Source: a virus
Lineage: Duplodnaviria > Heunggongvirae > Uroviricota > Caudoviricetes
Reading direction: 5' to 3' (one strand)
IMG/VR virus record: IMGVR_UViG_3300034357_000765
Length of the DNA stretch: 64,000 nucleotides
Position 1 is the stretch's first letter. Each line of letters begins with the position of its first letter. Positions 46,740 to 55,952 of the stretch are shown one piece after another. The notes under the pieces were generated by a model. It saw only the letters and a list, made by a program, of their open reading frames with translations. It was not told the DNA's origin and did not search any database. A program made the position numbers and the translations under genes.

Positions 46740-47421
46740 ATTTATCTATATTTTCGAACCACCAGTTGAAATAAACAAAGTTGTCTCCTACTAAGTTATA
46801 AGTCTCACTTTCGTGTCGTACTACGATTCTATTATCATATGCTCTTACAACCTCTATTTCAATACCTTTTTTCATTTCTAACTGTCTTCCTGTTTCTATT
46901 GAGAAACAGATTACTTCATCATTTATCAATTTGTATTTTCCTGGTTCTGGTTTCATCCAAGCTTTTATAGTCTTTATGACCAAACCTTTTATTTTTATTA
47001 TCCATTCTTTTGCTTGATATAGGTCATAATCTTTAAACACTTCTGATTCAAGTTCTGGATCTGAGGTAAGTATTCCATTTATGACTCCCCAATATTCGTT
47101 GTCTCCAATAACAAATGTTACATACACATCGTAGTTTATACCATTTACCTTTGTTATTCTGAGTATTTTCATACTCTTTATGTCTTGATTCTCTAATGCA
47201 AGCTTACCTCTAAGATTTTTGTATGCATTAGAACCAGTTAGATTCCAAAGTATATCATTTACTCTTGACATTGCTTGTCTTATCGCATCCTGGTGTTTAT
47301 CAAATGCATTTGTTGATAGAGAAGGATCATCAACATGCATAGATGCTTGTACCGAATCTGGGTTCAACCTTTGCATATTAAACTCTGTGAATTCTAGAAT
47401 TAGTTTATTTCTCTTTTTCAT
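46738..47421 (-). CDS. Candidate head-internal protein
   Basis: N-terminal KLILEFTEFN motif. Confidence 0.7.
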   Translation of the reverse strand: MKKRNKLILEFTEFNMQRLNPDSVQASMHVDDPSLSTNAFDKHQDAIRQAMSRVNDILWNLTGSNAYKNLRGKLALENQDIKSMKILRITKVNGINYDVYVTFVIGDNEYWGVINGILTSDPELESEVFKDYDLYQAKEWIIKIKGLVIKTIKAWMKPEPGKYKLINDEVICFSIETGRQLEMKKGIEIEVVRAYDNRIVVRHESETYNLVGDNFVYFNWWFENIDK

Positions 47422-47454
47422 ATTAATATATATATTAAAATCTAATATTTAAAA

Positions 47455-47775
47455 ATGAAAAGAATCAAAAGATTTAACGAAAGTGAACAAGTTGACGTAT
47501 CGACAGAAAGAGTTGATGAGATATTAGTCGATTTGAAAGAACTTACATCTACTTTAGATGATAAGAAAAAGATGATAGATTCTTTGATTAGCGAGTTAAA
47601 CAACTATAAAAACAAATCCGACAAAGGAAACGATCAAATAGACGATTCAATCGCGGCCCTTCAGGTTATAATGAAAGATTTAGAAAACTCTACAGACAAA
47701 ACAGACACCGTTATTGGAAACCTTCAGAGTTACAACGACGATGGTAGAAAATATCTTTATACTGAAAACAAATAA
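47455..47775 (+). CDS. Small coiled-coil candidate head-internal protein
   Basis: MKRIKRFNESE; heptad pattern. Confidence 0.7.
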   Translation: MKRIKRFNESEQVDVSTERVDEILVDLKELTSTLDDKKKMIDSLISELNNYKNKSDKGNDQIDDSIAALQVIMKDLENSTDKTDTVIGNLQSYNDDGRKYLYTENK

Positions 47776-47796
47776 TACTATACGGATATAATAAGT

Positions 47797-47949
47797 ATGG
47801 CAGTGATTAATGATGATGGTGACTATCTAAGTCCGATATTCGAAATAGATTGGAAAGCCATACGAAACCTTTTAAGAAAAGAAAAAATAGAAAGAATATA
47901 TGGCGATTTGGGACAATCACTCGGAAACGACGAAGAAAACAATTCTTGA
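47797..47949 (+). CDS. 50-aa micro-ORF with LRKEKIERIY tag
   Basis: Manual translation: MAVINDDGDYLSPIFEIDWKAIRNLLRKEKIERIYGDLGQSLGNDEENNS. Confidence 0.55.
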   Translation: MAVINDDGDYLSPIFEIDWKAIRNLLRKEKIERIYGDLGQSLGNDEENNS

Positions 47950-48031
47950 AGGAATTAGAGCATTTTCTAAGATGTTGAGAAAAGACAAACGAAAAGAAAA
48001 GATAAACAATGTTTTGTGCTCCAGATCCTAA
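47900..48031 (+). CDS. 43-aa micro-ORF with KRKEKINNVL tag
   Basis: Manual translation: MAIWDNHSETTKKTILEGIRAFSKMLRKDKRKEKINNVLCSRS. Confidence 0.5.
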   Translation: MAIWDNHSETTKKTILEGIRAFSKMLRKDKRKEKINNVLCSRS

Positions 48032-48041
48032 TCTAGTCGTA

Positions 48042-48182
48042 ATGGGAGGCCCTTCCAGTAATAAATGGGAAAATATGAAATTCAACCCCAATATCGGAAC
48101 AATGTTTAGGTCCCAGAAAAGAATCAAAAAGATAAGAAAGATATTTGATGGGAAAATTCAAAAAGAAGAAGTTCGGTTCTGA
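48042..48182 (+). CDS. 46-aa micro-ORF with KRIKKIRKIF tag
   Basis: Manual translation: MGGPSSNKWENMKFNPNIGTMFRSQKRIKKIRKIFDGKIQKEEVRF (alternative start at 48075). Confidence 0.5.
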   Translation: MGGPSSNKWENMKFNPNIGTMFRSQKRIKKIRKIFDGKIQKEEVRF

Positions 48183-48252
48183 GTTTAGAAATATACTTAG
48201 AATAATAAAAATAGAAAGAATATTCAATGCTGATAGGAAAGAAAGGAAATAG
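48148..48252 (+). CDS. 34-aa micro-ORF with LRIIKIERIF tag
   Basis: Manual translation: MGKFKKKKFGSEFRNILRIIKIERIFNADRKERK. Confidence 0.5.
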   Translation: MGKFKKKKFGSEFRNILRIIKIERIFNADRKERK

Positions 48253-48460
48253 TCCGGGAGTAGTCTGGGCTCCTTATCTAATACAAAGTACAACACCTGC
48301 AATAGTAGAAAGCAATTTCTCACCAAGAATGACACTTAAAAGTAGATATTCAACTACAACCGTAAACAACGGATTCTATATGGATTTCTGGATGAAGAAC
48401 TGGAGAAGAAAATCAAGAATAGAAAAGATATACAAAATAGAAAAGCCTACTGAAGAGTAG
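48227..48460 (+). CDS. 77-aa fragment resembling the gp23 major capsid C-terminus, with RKSRIEKIY tag
   Basis: GKKGNSPGVVWAPYL..IVESNFSPRMTLKSRYS aligns by eye to gp23 GYKG..AGIYYAPYV..DPKNFQPVMGFKTRYG. Confidence 0.65.
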   Translation: MLIGKKGNSPGVVWAPYLIQSTTPAIVESNFSPRMTLKSRYSTTTVNNGFYMDFWMKNWRRKSRIEKIYKIEKPTEE

Positions 48461-48466
48461 GCTTTT
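48441..48466. terminator. Bidirectional intrinsic terminator
   Basis: AAAAGCCTACT-GAAG-AGTAGGCTTTT. Confidence 0.85.
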
Positions 48467-48483
48467 CTGATATAATAATACTT

Positions 48484-49026
48484 TTATTTAGTATATTTAA
48501 GCTTATAAAGAGTTTTGTAAACCAGAACAACAATATCATCTATTACACTATGTAGGTGAGTATCTTCTATATTGATACATTTTCTTTCTTCTTTGACAAA
48601 TCTTGCTAACTCATTAAAATATTCAATAGTATCTTTTGATTTAGTATCTTTAGTATCAATCACATCATACTCTTCGATAATACCATATTGACCTTGATAT
48701 GTCTCAATCACATCATCGATTAAACTTAAAACACCATCGTAGTATTCACCTAATGCAATATGTTTTGCATGTGAACCCATATCACCATTTACTTGTAAGT
48801 GATAAATGTGTGCCATTTCTCTAGATTCAAACAATTTAGAGAAAAATTTACCTGGGTGTGAACCTTCTCCTAATATTTGTGGTCTTTCAACACCACTTTC
48901 TTGTTCTGCCTGAGCTTGAGCCTGTACTTGTGCACCTACTGCTTGTGGTAGGTTTGCTACAGACATTTCGTCTTGCTCGAATATTCTTCTTATTTTAGGT
49001 TTTTTTAAGTCTGAAAATTTCTTCAT
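48484..49026 (-). CDS. Ferritin-like helical-bundle protein
   Basis: AHIYHLQ...HAKHIALGEYYD...DDVIETYQG...LYKLKY pattern. Confidence 0.6.
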   Translation of the reverse strand: MKKFSDLKKPKIRRIFEQDEMSVANLPQAVGAQVQAQAQAEQESGVERPQILGEGSHPGKFFSKLFESREMAHIYHLQVNGDMGSHAKHIALGEYYDGVLSLIDDVIETYQGQYGIIEEYDVIDTKDTKSKDTIEYFNELARFVKEERKCINIEDTHLHSVIDDIVVLVYKTLYKLKYTK

Positions 49027-49047
49027 CTGTTTTTTGATTAGTTTTTA

Positions 49048-50154
49048 TTATATATTATTTTTCTTTTCTGCAAAATCGTAAAGCTTCCCAAGCTTTGTCT
49101 TTAGTTTTGTACCAGCTTTGTTTATTCTCTTACCCATATACTTTATGAAGTAGTTGCAATCATTTTTCTTTAGTCTTTCAAAGTCAATGCTTGGTCCTTC
49201 CTTTTCATATTCGAATTGCTTTTGATACTCTTTAAGCCACATTTCTTTAAGCCTTTCTTTTAATGGAAGAGCCAATACTCCTGAGTAAAGCCCTGTTCTT
49301 TCAGGTCCTTTTGTCGAAATATATTCGTCGATTGTAGAGTCGAGCATTTCTATGAAATCTTCAGCGCTGAATCTTGTCATCAAAATTGCGTTCTTCCAAG
49401 CCTCTGTTTCGAAAAGTCGTTCGAATCCGTGTTTCATTACGGTATAAGCGGCTTCTTGAACTTGTGCGTTTATCTCATAAGGCTCTGATAGATAGAAATT
49501 ATAGACTAAATCATTAGACCATATAGAATAAACATCATTTGGTATCTTCCATCTATTTACGTCTGCATAAGTTATAGCAAGCTTTGGACTTCTTTTGTAT
49601 ATAGGTAGTCCCTTTTGATTTACAAGTCTACCATAATACTCATATAGATGATTCAGTTCGTGATATATTGTTTCCATAAGAGTATCTTCAAGTTTTTCGT
49701 CTTGTTCAATCTTATAGCTTTTAGGTATGTAAACTTCGATTCCAATAAGCAGGTTTATACCAAATGGAAGGTCTTTAATCTCGGTCTTTACTTTCTTTGA
49801 ATATCCTGACCAGTTCTTATGTCCAAACCTATAAGCACTTCCACCAACCGAATGTGACTTTCCTGAATTAAACTCATCTTCAAATATATCATCTTCTATC
49901 TTTTTGAAATGTAAGTCTAATGTGATTCCTACTACTGGAAACTTTTTATACTCTTCTTCGGTTCCTATTGATGATTTCAAGTTTTCTGTAGAAATCTTAG
50001 GATCATTCAAATACTCTTTATAACTCGAATGTTCTGTAAGAAATGATTTTAACTCTTCTATAGTCTTTTTGTATATGGCATCCGCATACTCAATCGATGG
50101 TAAAGCCACTCCAAGTCTCTCTAATATGAAATTTTTGAAATTGTATATTTTCAT
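49048..50154 (-). CDS. Zincin-like metallopeptidase with capsid-targeting-like N-terminus
   Basis: IYHELNHLYE (HExxH) and downstream EPYEINA; starts MKIYNFKNFILE. Confidence 0.65.
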   Translation of the reverse strand: MKIYNFKNFILERLGVALPSIEYADAIYKKTIEELKSFLTEHSSYKEYLNDPKISTENLKSSIGTEEEYKKFPVVGITLDLHFKKIEDDIFEDEFNSGKSHSVGGSAYRFGHKNWSGYSKKVKTEIKDLPFGINLLIGIEVYIPKSYKIEQDEKLEDTLMETIYHELNHLYEYYGRLVNQKGLPIYKRSPKLAITYADVNRWKIPNDVYSIWSNDLVYNFYLSEPYEINAQVQEAAYTVMKHGFERLFETEAWKNAILMTRFSAEDFIEMLDSTIDEYISTKGPERTGLYSGVLALPLKERLKEMWLKEYQKQFEYEKEGPSIDFERLKKNDCNYFIKYMGKRINKAGTKLKTKLGKLYDFAEKKNNI

Positions 50155-50217
50155 ACGTTATATATTATTTTTGAGATTATCATTTTAATATATATCGTAA
50201 GAAAAAAAAATAACGAT

Positions 50218-50424
50218 ATGAAGTATATTAAAAAATACATCAAGTTTTTTGAAACTACAATGGTTGCACCAGAAGTTGCTAAGAAAACTTTGCTATCAGA
50301 TAACTTGACACTTAGTCACAAAGGAGAAGAAAGCACAGAATCAGAAGTAGTAGAAAGATTTTCCAAAATATACAGCGGATTGTCAGAAGATGAAAAGTCT
50401 GAAATCAATTCATACTTTAAATAA
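50218..50424 (+). CDS. Small candidate head-internal protein
   Basis: MKYIKKYIKFFE; TAATATATA upstream. Confidence 0.65.
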   Translation: MKYIKKYIKFFETTMVAPEVAKKTLLSDNLTLSHKGEESTESEVVERFSKIYSGLSEDEKSEINSYFK

Positions 50425-50436
50425 AAACAACGATAT

Positions 50437-52149
50437 ATGAAGAATTATTTACAATTTTTAAAAGAAGAAGTTGATCTTAAAGGTAATAAGGGAATTGATG
50501 ACGATTTCATGAAAAAGGCTGAGGATCAAGCTAAGCAAAATCTTGGAGTAACACCAAATACAAATGTTCCTGTTGCAGGAGACATAGGTTCTTTGATGAG
50601 AAGATCCGCACAACTTCTTACTAATGGTTTAAATACAGACCAAATAGAAGAAAGATACACTAAATTAGAACAACTTGCTAAAAGAGTTATAATGGATGAG
50701 TATGGTGATATTATTGAAGCTTCTGAAAAACCAGTTGAGCTTTTGATAAAACTTATCAGACCTAATCAATCGGTATTAGGAGAAGTTCCAAACCTATTGA
50801 ACGTTCCTGCAGAGTCAGATGAAAGACCAGAGTATTCTGAAGAAGAAACTGAAACAGATGTACCACAAAGTCAACCACAAAGTCAACCACAAGGTCAACA
50901 AGAAACTGAAGACGAAGAGGAAGAAGATGACTTCATGTCTTTTTTTGATGATGATACAGATTATGAGGATCAAGAAGAAGAAAATCCTGAAGAAGTAGAA
51001 GAGCTTACTAACAAAGATGTTGCAATGGCAATCGATAAGAAAAAGATTCTTAACATGCTTACTCAAGGTGAAGGTAAAGCAACTAAAGACATCATCAAAT
51101 TTTCAGAAGTAGTTGAAAGTGGTTTAAGAGAAATCTTAGGAGACTCTCACAGAGAACTTTTAGACGTTTGGGTAAAAACATCTGAAGTAGCACACAAATT
51201 AGATTGGGCTGTAACCGATAAAGCAAAAGGTAGTATGATGAAAAACATGCCTGGTGGTTTAGCTGGTGCAGTTGATTTGACTTGGGAAAACACTACAAGT
51301 AAATTTAACAAAATACACCTTTTAACAGAAAATACAGATTTCAATAAGATTGTAATAAGAGCTTATGGTATAGATTTTCCAATGCTTTTACATGAAGCTA
51401 TAAAAGGAATCTATTTACTTCTTCAATCAAGTGCTATCAAAAAAGATGATGAGATTGCCGAAGAGATTAAAAGAGCAACTTCTTCTTTCAAAGATGAATC
51501 ACAAGACTTTAAATATGGTGTAGTTGCACAAAATATGTTTAGAGATTTTATCAATGCCTGTAAAGACGCTGGTAAATATACACAAATGAGAGCTAGAGTA
51601 TTTGCACAACTTGCTGTTGATAAAGGAAGAGGAGGTAGATATACTGATGAAGAGTTTTTAGAAATAACAAAAAGTTTGTTTTCTGTATTTGATAGTAAAA
51701 CTGAAGCAGGTAAAACATCTTTTGTAATAAATCAAGAAAGATTTGCACAATCTAAAGCAAAATCTGAGATTGAAAAAGTAGTTGCTGATATAGTTAGAGC
51801 AGAAGACGAATATAGAGATGAACTCAACAAATGGGAAATGGAACAAAGATTTGGACACAATGCACCAGAACCACAAGGTGATGGTGAAGATTATCCAGAA
51901 CAAGGTGAAGAGTCTCAATCTGATATCGATAGATTGGTAAGACAATCTTTGGAAAAACCAGCTAAAGAAGACGATGAAAGCGACCTTAGTAAAAGAGAGA
52001 TACAAGAACTTATAGATGATGCATTAGATGCTGAAGACTATAAAGAAGTAGAAAGATTGGCAAAACTTCCAAACTATCTAAAAGAGGGTTTAGTATATCT
52101 TGCTGAGTTAAAAAGAATAAATGAATCAAAAATAACAAGAAGAAAATGA
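50437..52149 (+). CDS. Large acidic candidate head-internal protein
   Basis: MKNYLQFLKEE; IRAYGIDFPMLLHEAIKGIY segment. Confidence 0.75.
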   Translation: MKNYLQFLKEEVDLKGNKGIDDDFMKKAEDQAKQNLGVTPNTNVPVAGDIGSLMRRSAQLLTNGLNTDQIEERYTKLEQLAKRVIMDEYGDIIEASEKPVELLIKLIRPNQSVLGEVPNLLNVPAESDERPEYSEEETETDVPQSQPQSQPQGQQETEDEEEEDDFMSFFDDDTDYEDQEEENPEEVEELTNKDVAMAIDKKKILNMLTQGEGKATKDIIKFSEVVESGLREILGDSHRELLDVWVKTSEVAHKLDWAVTDKAKGSMMKNMPGGLAGAVDLTWENTTSKFNKIHLLTENTDFNKIVIRAYGIDFPMLLHEAIKGIYLLLQSSAIKKDDEIAEEIKRATSSFKDESQDFKYGVVAQNMFRDFINACKDAGKYTQMRARVFAQLAVDKGRGGRYTDEEFLEITKSLFSVFDSKTEAGKTSFVINQERFAQSKAKSEIEKVVADIVRAEDEYRDELNKWEMEQRFGHNAPEPQGDGEDYPEQGEESQSDIDRLVRQSLEKPAKEDDESDLSKREIQELIDDALDAEDYKEVERLAKLPNYLKEGLVYLAELKRINESKITRRK

Positions 52150-54302
52150 TATTTAAGAAATATAACCAATTTTTAGATCAGTTTTCAATAAACGAAAATC
52201 TAGACAAAGCCAAAAAGCTCATGAAGGATAGATATATCCTTACTACTGCTGCAAATCAATTGAACCTTATTGATGATGAGACAAAATATGATATGTCAAA
52301 TGGTAATAAACGTTCTGTAACTCCTTTAGACTTTATAAAATTAGACGCCGAGAAGAAAAAAGAGCTTGGTGATACTATGAGAACAATCACGGTGAGTGAA
52401 GAACAGCTTAGAGAACTCATATCTACTAACGAGTTTAAACAAGTAAGAGAGCTTAAGACCAAAATTCCTGTTCAGGATGTAAATGGTAATACGATTGAAA
52501 AAGAATATCAATTAGATAGAGACCACATGGGTTGGTTGGGAAATTTTGTTTATTTTTACTATTATGAAAATGCTAATCTTCAGGATTTAAAAACTTTATA
52601 CACAAATTTATTACTAAATAAAGATATATTGTCAAACCTTGATATATCAGTAAATGGTAAAATAACCAAAAAGGCATTCGATACTAACTACATAAACATG
52701 AAAGTTCCTAACAATATGGAGCTTTTGATTGATGGATTGAACAGGCTTGAGAATCTAAGATACTATAAGAAAATGGAGGCAGATCTTCCGCCACATTTGA
52801 AAAGAGACTTAAAGGATTCTCCACAGATAATCAAAGACCAATTTTTAGAAGTAGCTATGGCATTCGACGCTCTTGGTGGTGGTGATAAATCAAAACACGA
52901 TGAACTATACAAAGGATTCTGGGGAAGAATGTTATTGGATGATAGAGAAGGTTCAAAAACAAAAGGACAGGTAGTTTTTAGAAGCCCTGTTTCTAGATAT
53001 AAAAATATTAGAGATTTGATTGAAAAGGCATTAGCATATGCAAAAGCAACAGACAATGATGGATTCAACAGCTTCTACCAAAAGTTTCAAGATTGTACAA
53101 TGAAATTTGGTGCGATGGGTGGAGAAGAGATTTTCAACGAAAACGGCATATTCATCATATCAGTTAAGTCTTTTGGTGCAAATAGAATACTTAATGCACA
53201 TACTTCACATTGTATCAAAGACTCTTTGTCACAATGGGAGGGTTATGTGAACAAAGACAGACAGGGTAGACAGGTAGAAGAAAACATGCAATATTATGTT
53301 TATAACTTCAACTTGGCACAATCAAACTCTCTTTTTACTATAGGAATCACAATCGAGCCAGATGATAGACAAAATCACATTAGAGCAGCACACAACAAGA
53401 TAGATGGAAATGTTGCAGGAAACGTGATAAACATATTGAAGGATTGGGGTACAGAATACGATGTGGAAAGTAATGCTAAAGAAAAGGCTAAACAACTTGG
53501 TGCTACAGATGCTGAGGTTTCAAAATACGGTGCACTTTTCGCTCTTTTAAGACCAGTTACTTCTGAAGATCTTGAAAAAAGAAGAAAATCAAGAGCCGCA
53601 AATATTGAGATTGTTAAAAAAGGAATAACCATGGAACAGATTAAGCAATATGTTACTGTAGATGGTGCCGATATCAATAGAGAAGCTTGTAAAGTTCTTC
53701 AACATGCTGTTCAGGAAAATGATTTAGAGAAAGCTAAATTGATATTATCTCTTGGTGGTTCACCAAATCTAAAACCACCAAAAGAAGGTGTTATCAACGA
53801 TGCAACTTCATTGGAAATGATTAAACTTTTAGTTGCAAATAATTCAGAACTTACTGCAACGGTATACAACAATATCTGTCATGATATAGATGCGGTTAAA
53901 TTCTGTTTGGATAATGGATTAGATCCTAGTTTTGAAGATTCACTTCCTGTAAGAAGATCTTGTAAGGGTAGTTATGTAAGTGCCTCAGATATTGGAGAGT
54001 GCTACTTAGATGGTATTAAAATGCTACTTGATTATGGTGCAAGTCTTACTGATAAAAGAGGTAGATATATGATTATAAAATGGGCTATTGAATATGGTAG
54101 AACAGAAGTTATTGATTATGTTATTGAAAATGGAGGAACAATGGGATTCGCTTCAGCATACACTTGGTTAGGACATAGTAGAAAACTAGCTATAGAAGAT
54201 AGAAAAAAACTATATTTAGAATATCTTAAGCCTCTAATTGAGAAATATGAACAAACCGAATTTGACGAGCTTCCACCAAACAAGTTATGGCATTTAAAAT
54301 AA
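52146..54302 (+). CDS. Large protein with C-terminal ankyrin-like repeats
   Basis: LQHAVQENDLEKAKLILSLGG, IKLLVANN, VKFCLDNG, IKMLLDYGA, IKWAIEYGRTEVIDYVIENG. Confidence 0.7.
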   Translation: MIFKKYNQFLDQFSINENLDKAKKLMKDRYILTTAANQLNLIDDETKYDMSNGNKRSVTPLDFIKLDAEKKKELGDTMRTITVSEEQLRELISTNEFKQVRELKTKIPVQDVNGNTIEKEYQLDRDHMGWLGNFVYFYYYENANLQDLKTLYTNLLLNKDILSNLDISVNGKITKKAFDTNYINMKVPNNMELLIDGLNRLENLRYYKKMEADLPPHLKRDLKDSPQIIKDQFLEVAMAFDALGGGDKSKHDELYKGFWGRMLLDDREGSKTKGQVVFRSPVSRYKNIRDLIEKALAYAKATDNDGFNSFYQKFQDCTMKFGAMGGEEIFNENGIFIISVKSFGANRILNAHTSHCIKDSLSQWEGYVNKDRQGRQVEENMQYYVYNFNLAQSNSLFTIGITIEPDDRQNHIRAAHNKIDGNVAGNVINILKDWGTEYDVESNAKEKAKQLGATDAEVSKYGALFALLRPVTSEDLEKRRKSRAANIEIVKKGITMEQIKQYVTVDGADINREACKVLQHAVQENDLEKAKLILSLGGSPNLKPPKEGVINDATSLEMIKLLVANNSELTATVYNNICHDIDAVKFCLDNGLDPSFEDSLPVRRSCKGSYVSASDIGECYLDGIKMLLDYGASLTDKRGRYMIIKWAIEYGRTEVIDYVIENGGTMGFASAYTWLGHSRKLAIEDRKKLYLEYLKPLIEKYEQTEFDELPPNKLWHLK

Positions 54303-54303
54303 T

Positions 54304-54333
54304 AAAAAAAACCAGTCTTTTAAGACTGGTTTT
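54304..54333. terminator. Bidirectional intrinsic terminator
   Basis: A-run + CCAGTCTT-TT-AAGACTGG + T-run. Confidence 0.85.
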
Positions 54334-55045
54334 CTTTTTTAAGAACGCTGTATATCAAAAATGCGTCATTTACATCTTCATACGGTTTTGGAATTGTGGC
54401 AACACCTAACACATCAGACTTTACAAGTTTACAATGTTTAGTCCAAAAGTCTTGCATTTCGTTGTTATCAACTATTGCCATAAACATATCAGTTTTGGTG
54501 AACTTTCCGCCTGATAATCCAAGATTATTTCTATACTCAATCTTTACTTTTTTCACTTTTTTCCCTGTTTCGGTAACAATAGGTGGATAAGTCAGTTTAC
54601 ATGATTCTAATTTTAGTGTAGACGGAGACATAACTGTTATATCTTCCGAAATCTGATCAAATAGTTTCTTTCTTAATAGAGTTGAAAATGTAACTAAATC
54701 GATTATATCACCTGCAGTACTTGAAAAAGAATATCCTTCTATTCCAATCTTTGTTGGTTTTGATGTATCGATATTTGACAATATATCTGATATGATTTCG
54801 TCAGTTATCTTATCATAGTCTTTTAACTTTGTAAGTTCTCCTTCTGAATAGTCTACAAATTCTCTATACGTTATAAACTTGTAAGTTACGAATTGTTCTG
54901 CTAATTTGAACCATTTTTTTATTCCTGTTTTACCAAATGCAGAGCTTTCTCTACAATAATTATACATCTTAAATGTTTCTCCAGAGCTTATTACGAGAGC
55001 GGTCGATATCAAAGAAGGGTCTAATGCTACTATATTATATTTCAT
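54320..55045 (-). CDS. RuvC-like Holliday junction resolvase / RNase H-fold nuclease
   Basis: IVALDPSL, IGIEGYSF, SPSTLK, DVNDAFLI acidic residues. Confidence 0.75.
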   Translation of the reverse strand: MKYNIVALDPSLISTALVISSGETFKMYNYCRESSAFGKTGIKKWFKLAEQFVTYKFITYREFVDYSEGELTKLKDYDKITDEIISDILSNIDTSKPTKIGIEGYSFSSTAGDIIDLVTFSTLLRKKLFDQISEDITVMSPSTLKLESCKLTYPPIVTETGKKVKKVKIEYRNNLGLSGGKFTKTDMFMAIVDNNEMQDFWTKHCKLVKSDVLGVATIPKPYEDVNDAFLIYSVLKKENQS

Positions 55046-55125
55046 AGTTTATATATCTTCTTATCATGTTTCTATTTTCTTTATAATCATATTATATTTT
55101 TAATATATAATGTATTATAAATACA

Positions 55126-55581
55126 TTGATAGTTATGATAGAATCATATGAAATAAGCTTGTTACCTTGTGATAAGTTTGTAGTGAAATATGGATTCACC
55201 GATATGGATGGAAATGATTATTTGGTTCAATTCAAAAACGATTCGACAGGACCTAACAACTCTATTTTAGGTAGTTCTTACGAACTTACTTATTTTGTTT
55301 GGGATGAGGATATTTTGGATTGGAGCGTTGATAAGATTGTTAATTCTAGCATATTTAGAGTTACAAAGACTATTTTTGGTGATGTTGTTACTTCTTTTTT
55401 GAATTCGACACCTTGGGTAAAGACTTTAAGATTTGAAGGAATCTCTAAGGAAACAGAAGGTAAATATGTAATAACAAAAAGAACAAAACTTTATACTAGA
55501 TATTTGAAAAACAATCCTATAGAAGGATATAGATTAGAAAGTGACATGAATAGGATAAACCTAATAAAAACAATAAGTTAA
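55126..55581 (+). CDS. Hypothetical protein
   Basis: About 150-aa ORF; start uncertain. Confidence 0.65.
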   Translation: MIVMIESYEISLLPCDKFVVKYGFTDMDGNDYLVQFKNDSTGPNNSILGSSYELTYFVWDEDILDWSVDKIVNSSIFRVTKTIFGDVVTSFLNSTPWVKTLRFEGISKETEGKYVITKRTKLYTRYLKNNPIEGYRLESDMNRINLIKTIS

Positions 55582-55583
55582 AC

Positions 55584-55952
55584 ATGCAAAGACCAGAAGT
55601 AAGGCTTATACAAGGCCAACAAGTTGAGACAAACGAAAATCCTAACATTGATAGTTGGGAAGCAGAGCAGCTTTTGAGAAAGTATGGATATCAAAATACA
55701 CAATATTCTACACATCAAGAACCTACTACTCATGTAGATAACGGATTAACATTTGAACAAATGTTGGCACAGGAAGAATCTAAGAGAAAAGAAGAGGAAA
55801 TGAGAAGAAGGCAACAAATGAATGGTCCAAAACCTATTTCGTTTGATGGTGGATATGGATATCATACAGAAACTAAATATGGATCTGATGAAGATAGTGG
55901 TTATGGATTTAAGATACAAATAACAAGTGATATGCCAATCCCTAAATATTAA
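55584..55952 (+). CDS. Hypothetical protein
   Basis: 122-aa ORF. Confidence 0.65.
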   Translation: MQRPEVRLIQGQQVETNENPNIDSWEAEQLLRKYGYQNTQYSTHQEPTTHVDNGLTFEQMLAQEESKRKEEEMRRRQQMNGPKPISFDGGYGYHTETKYGSDEDSGYGFKIQITSDMPIPKY

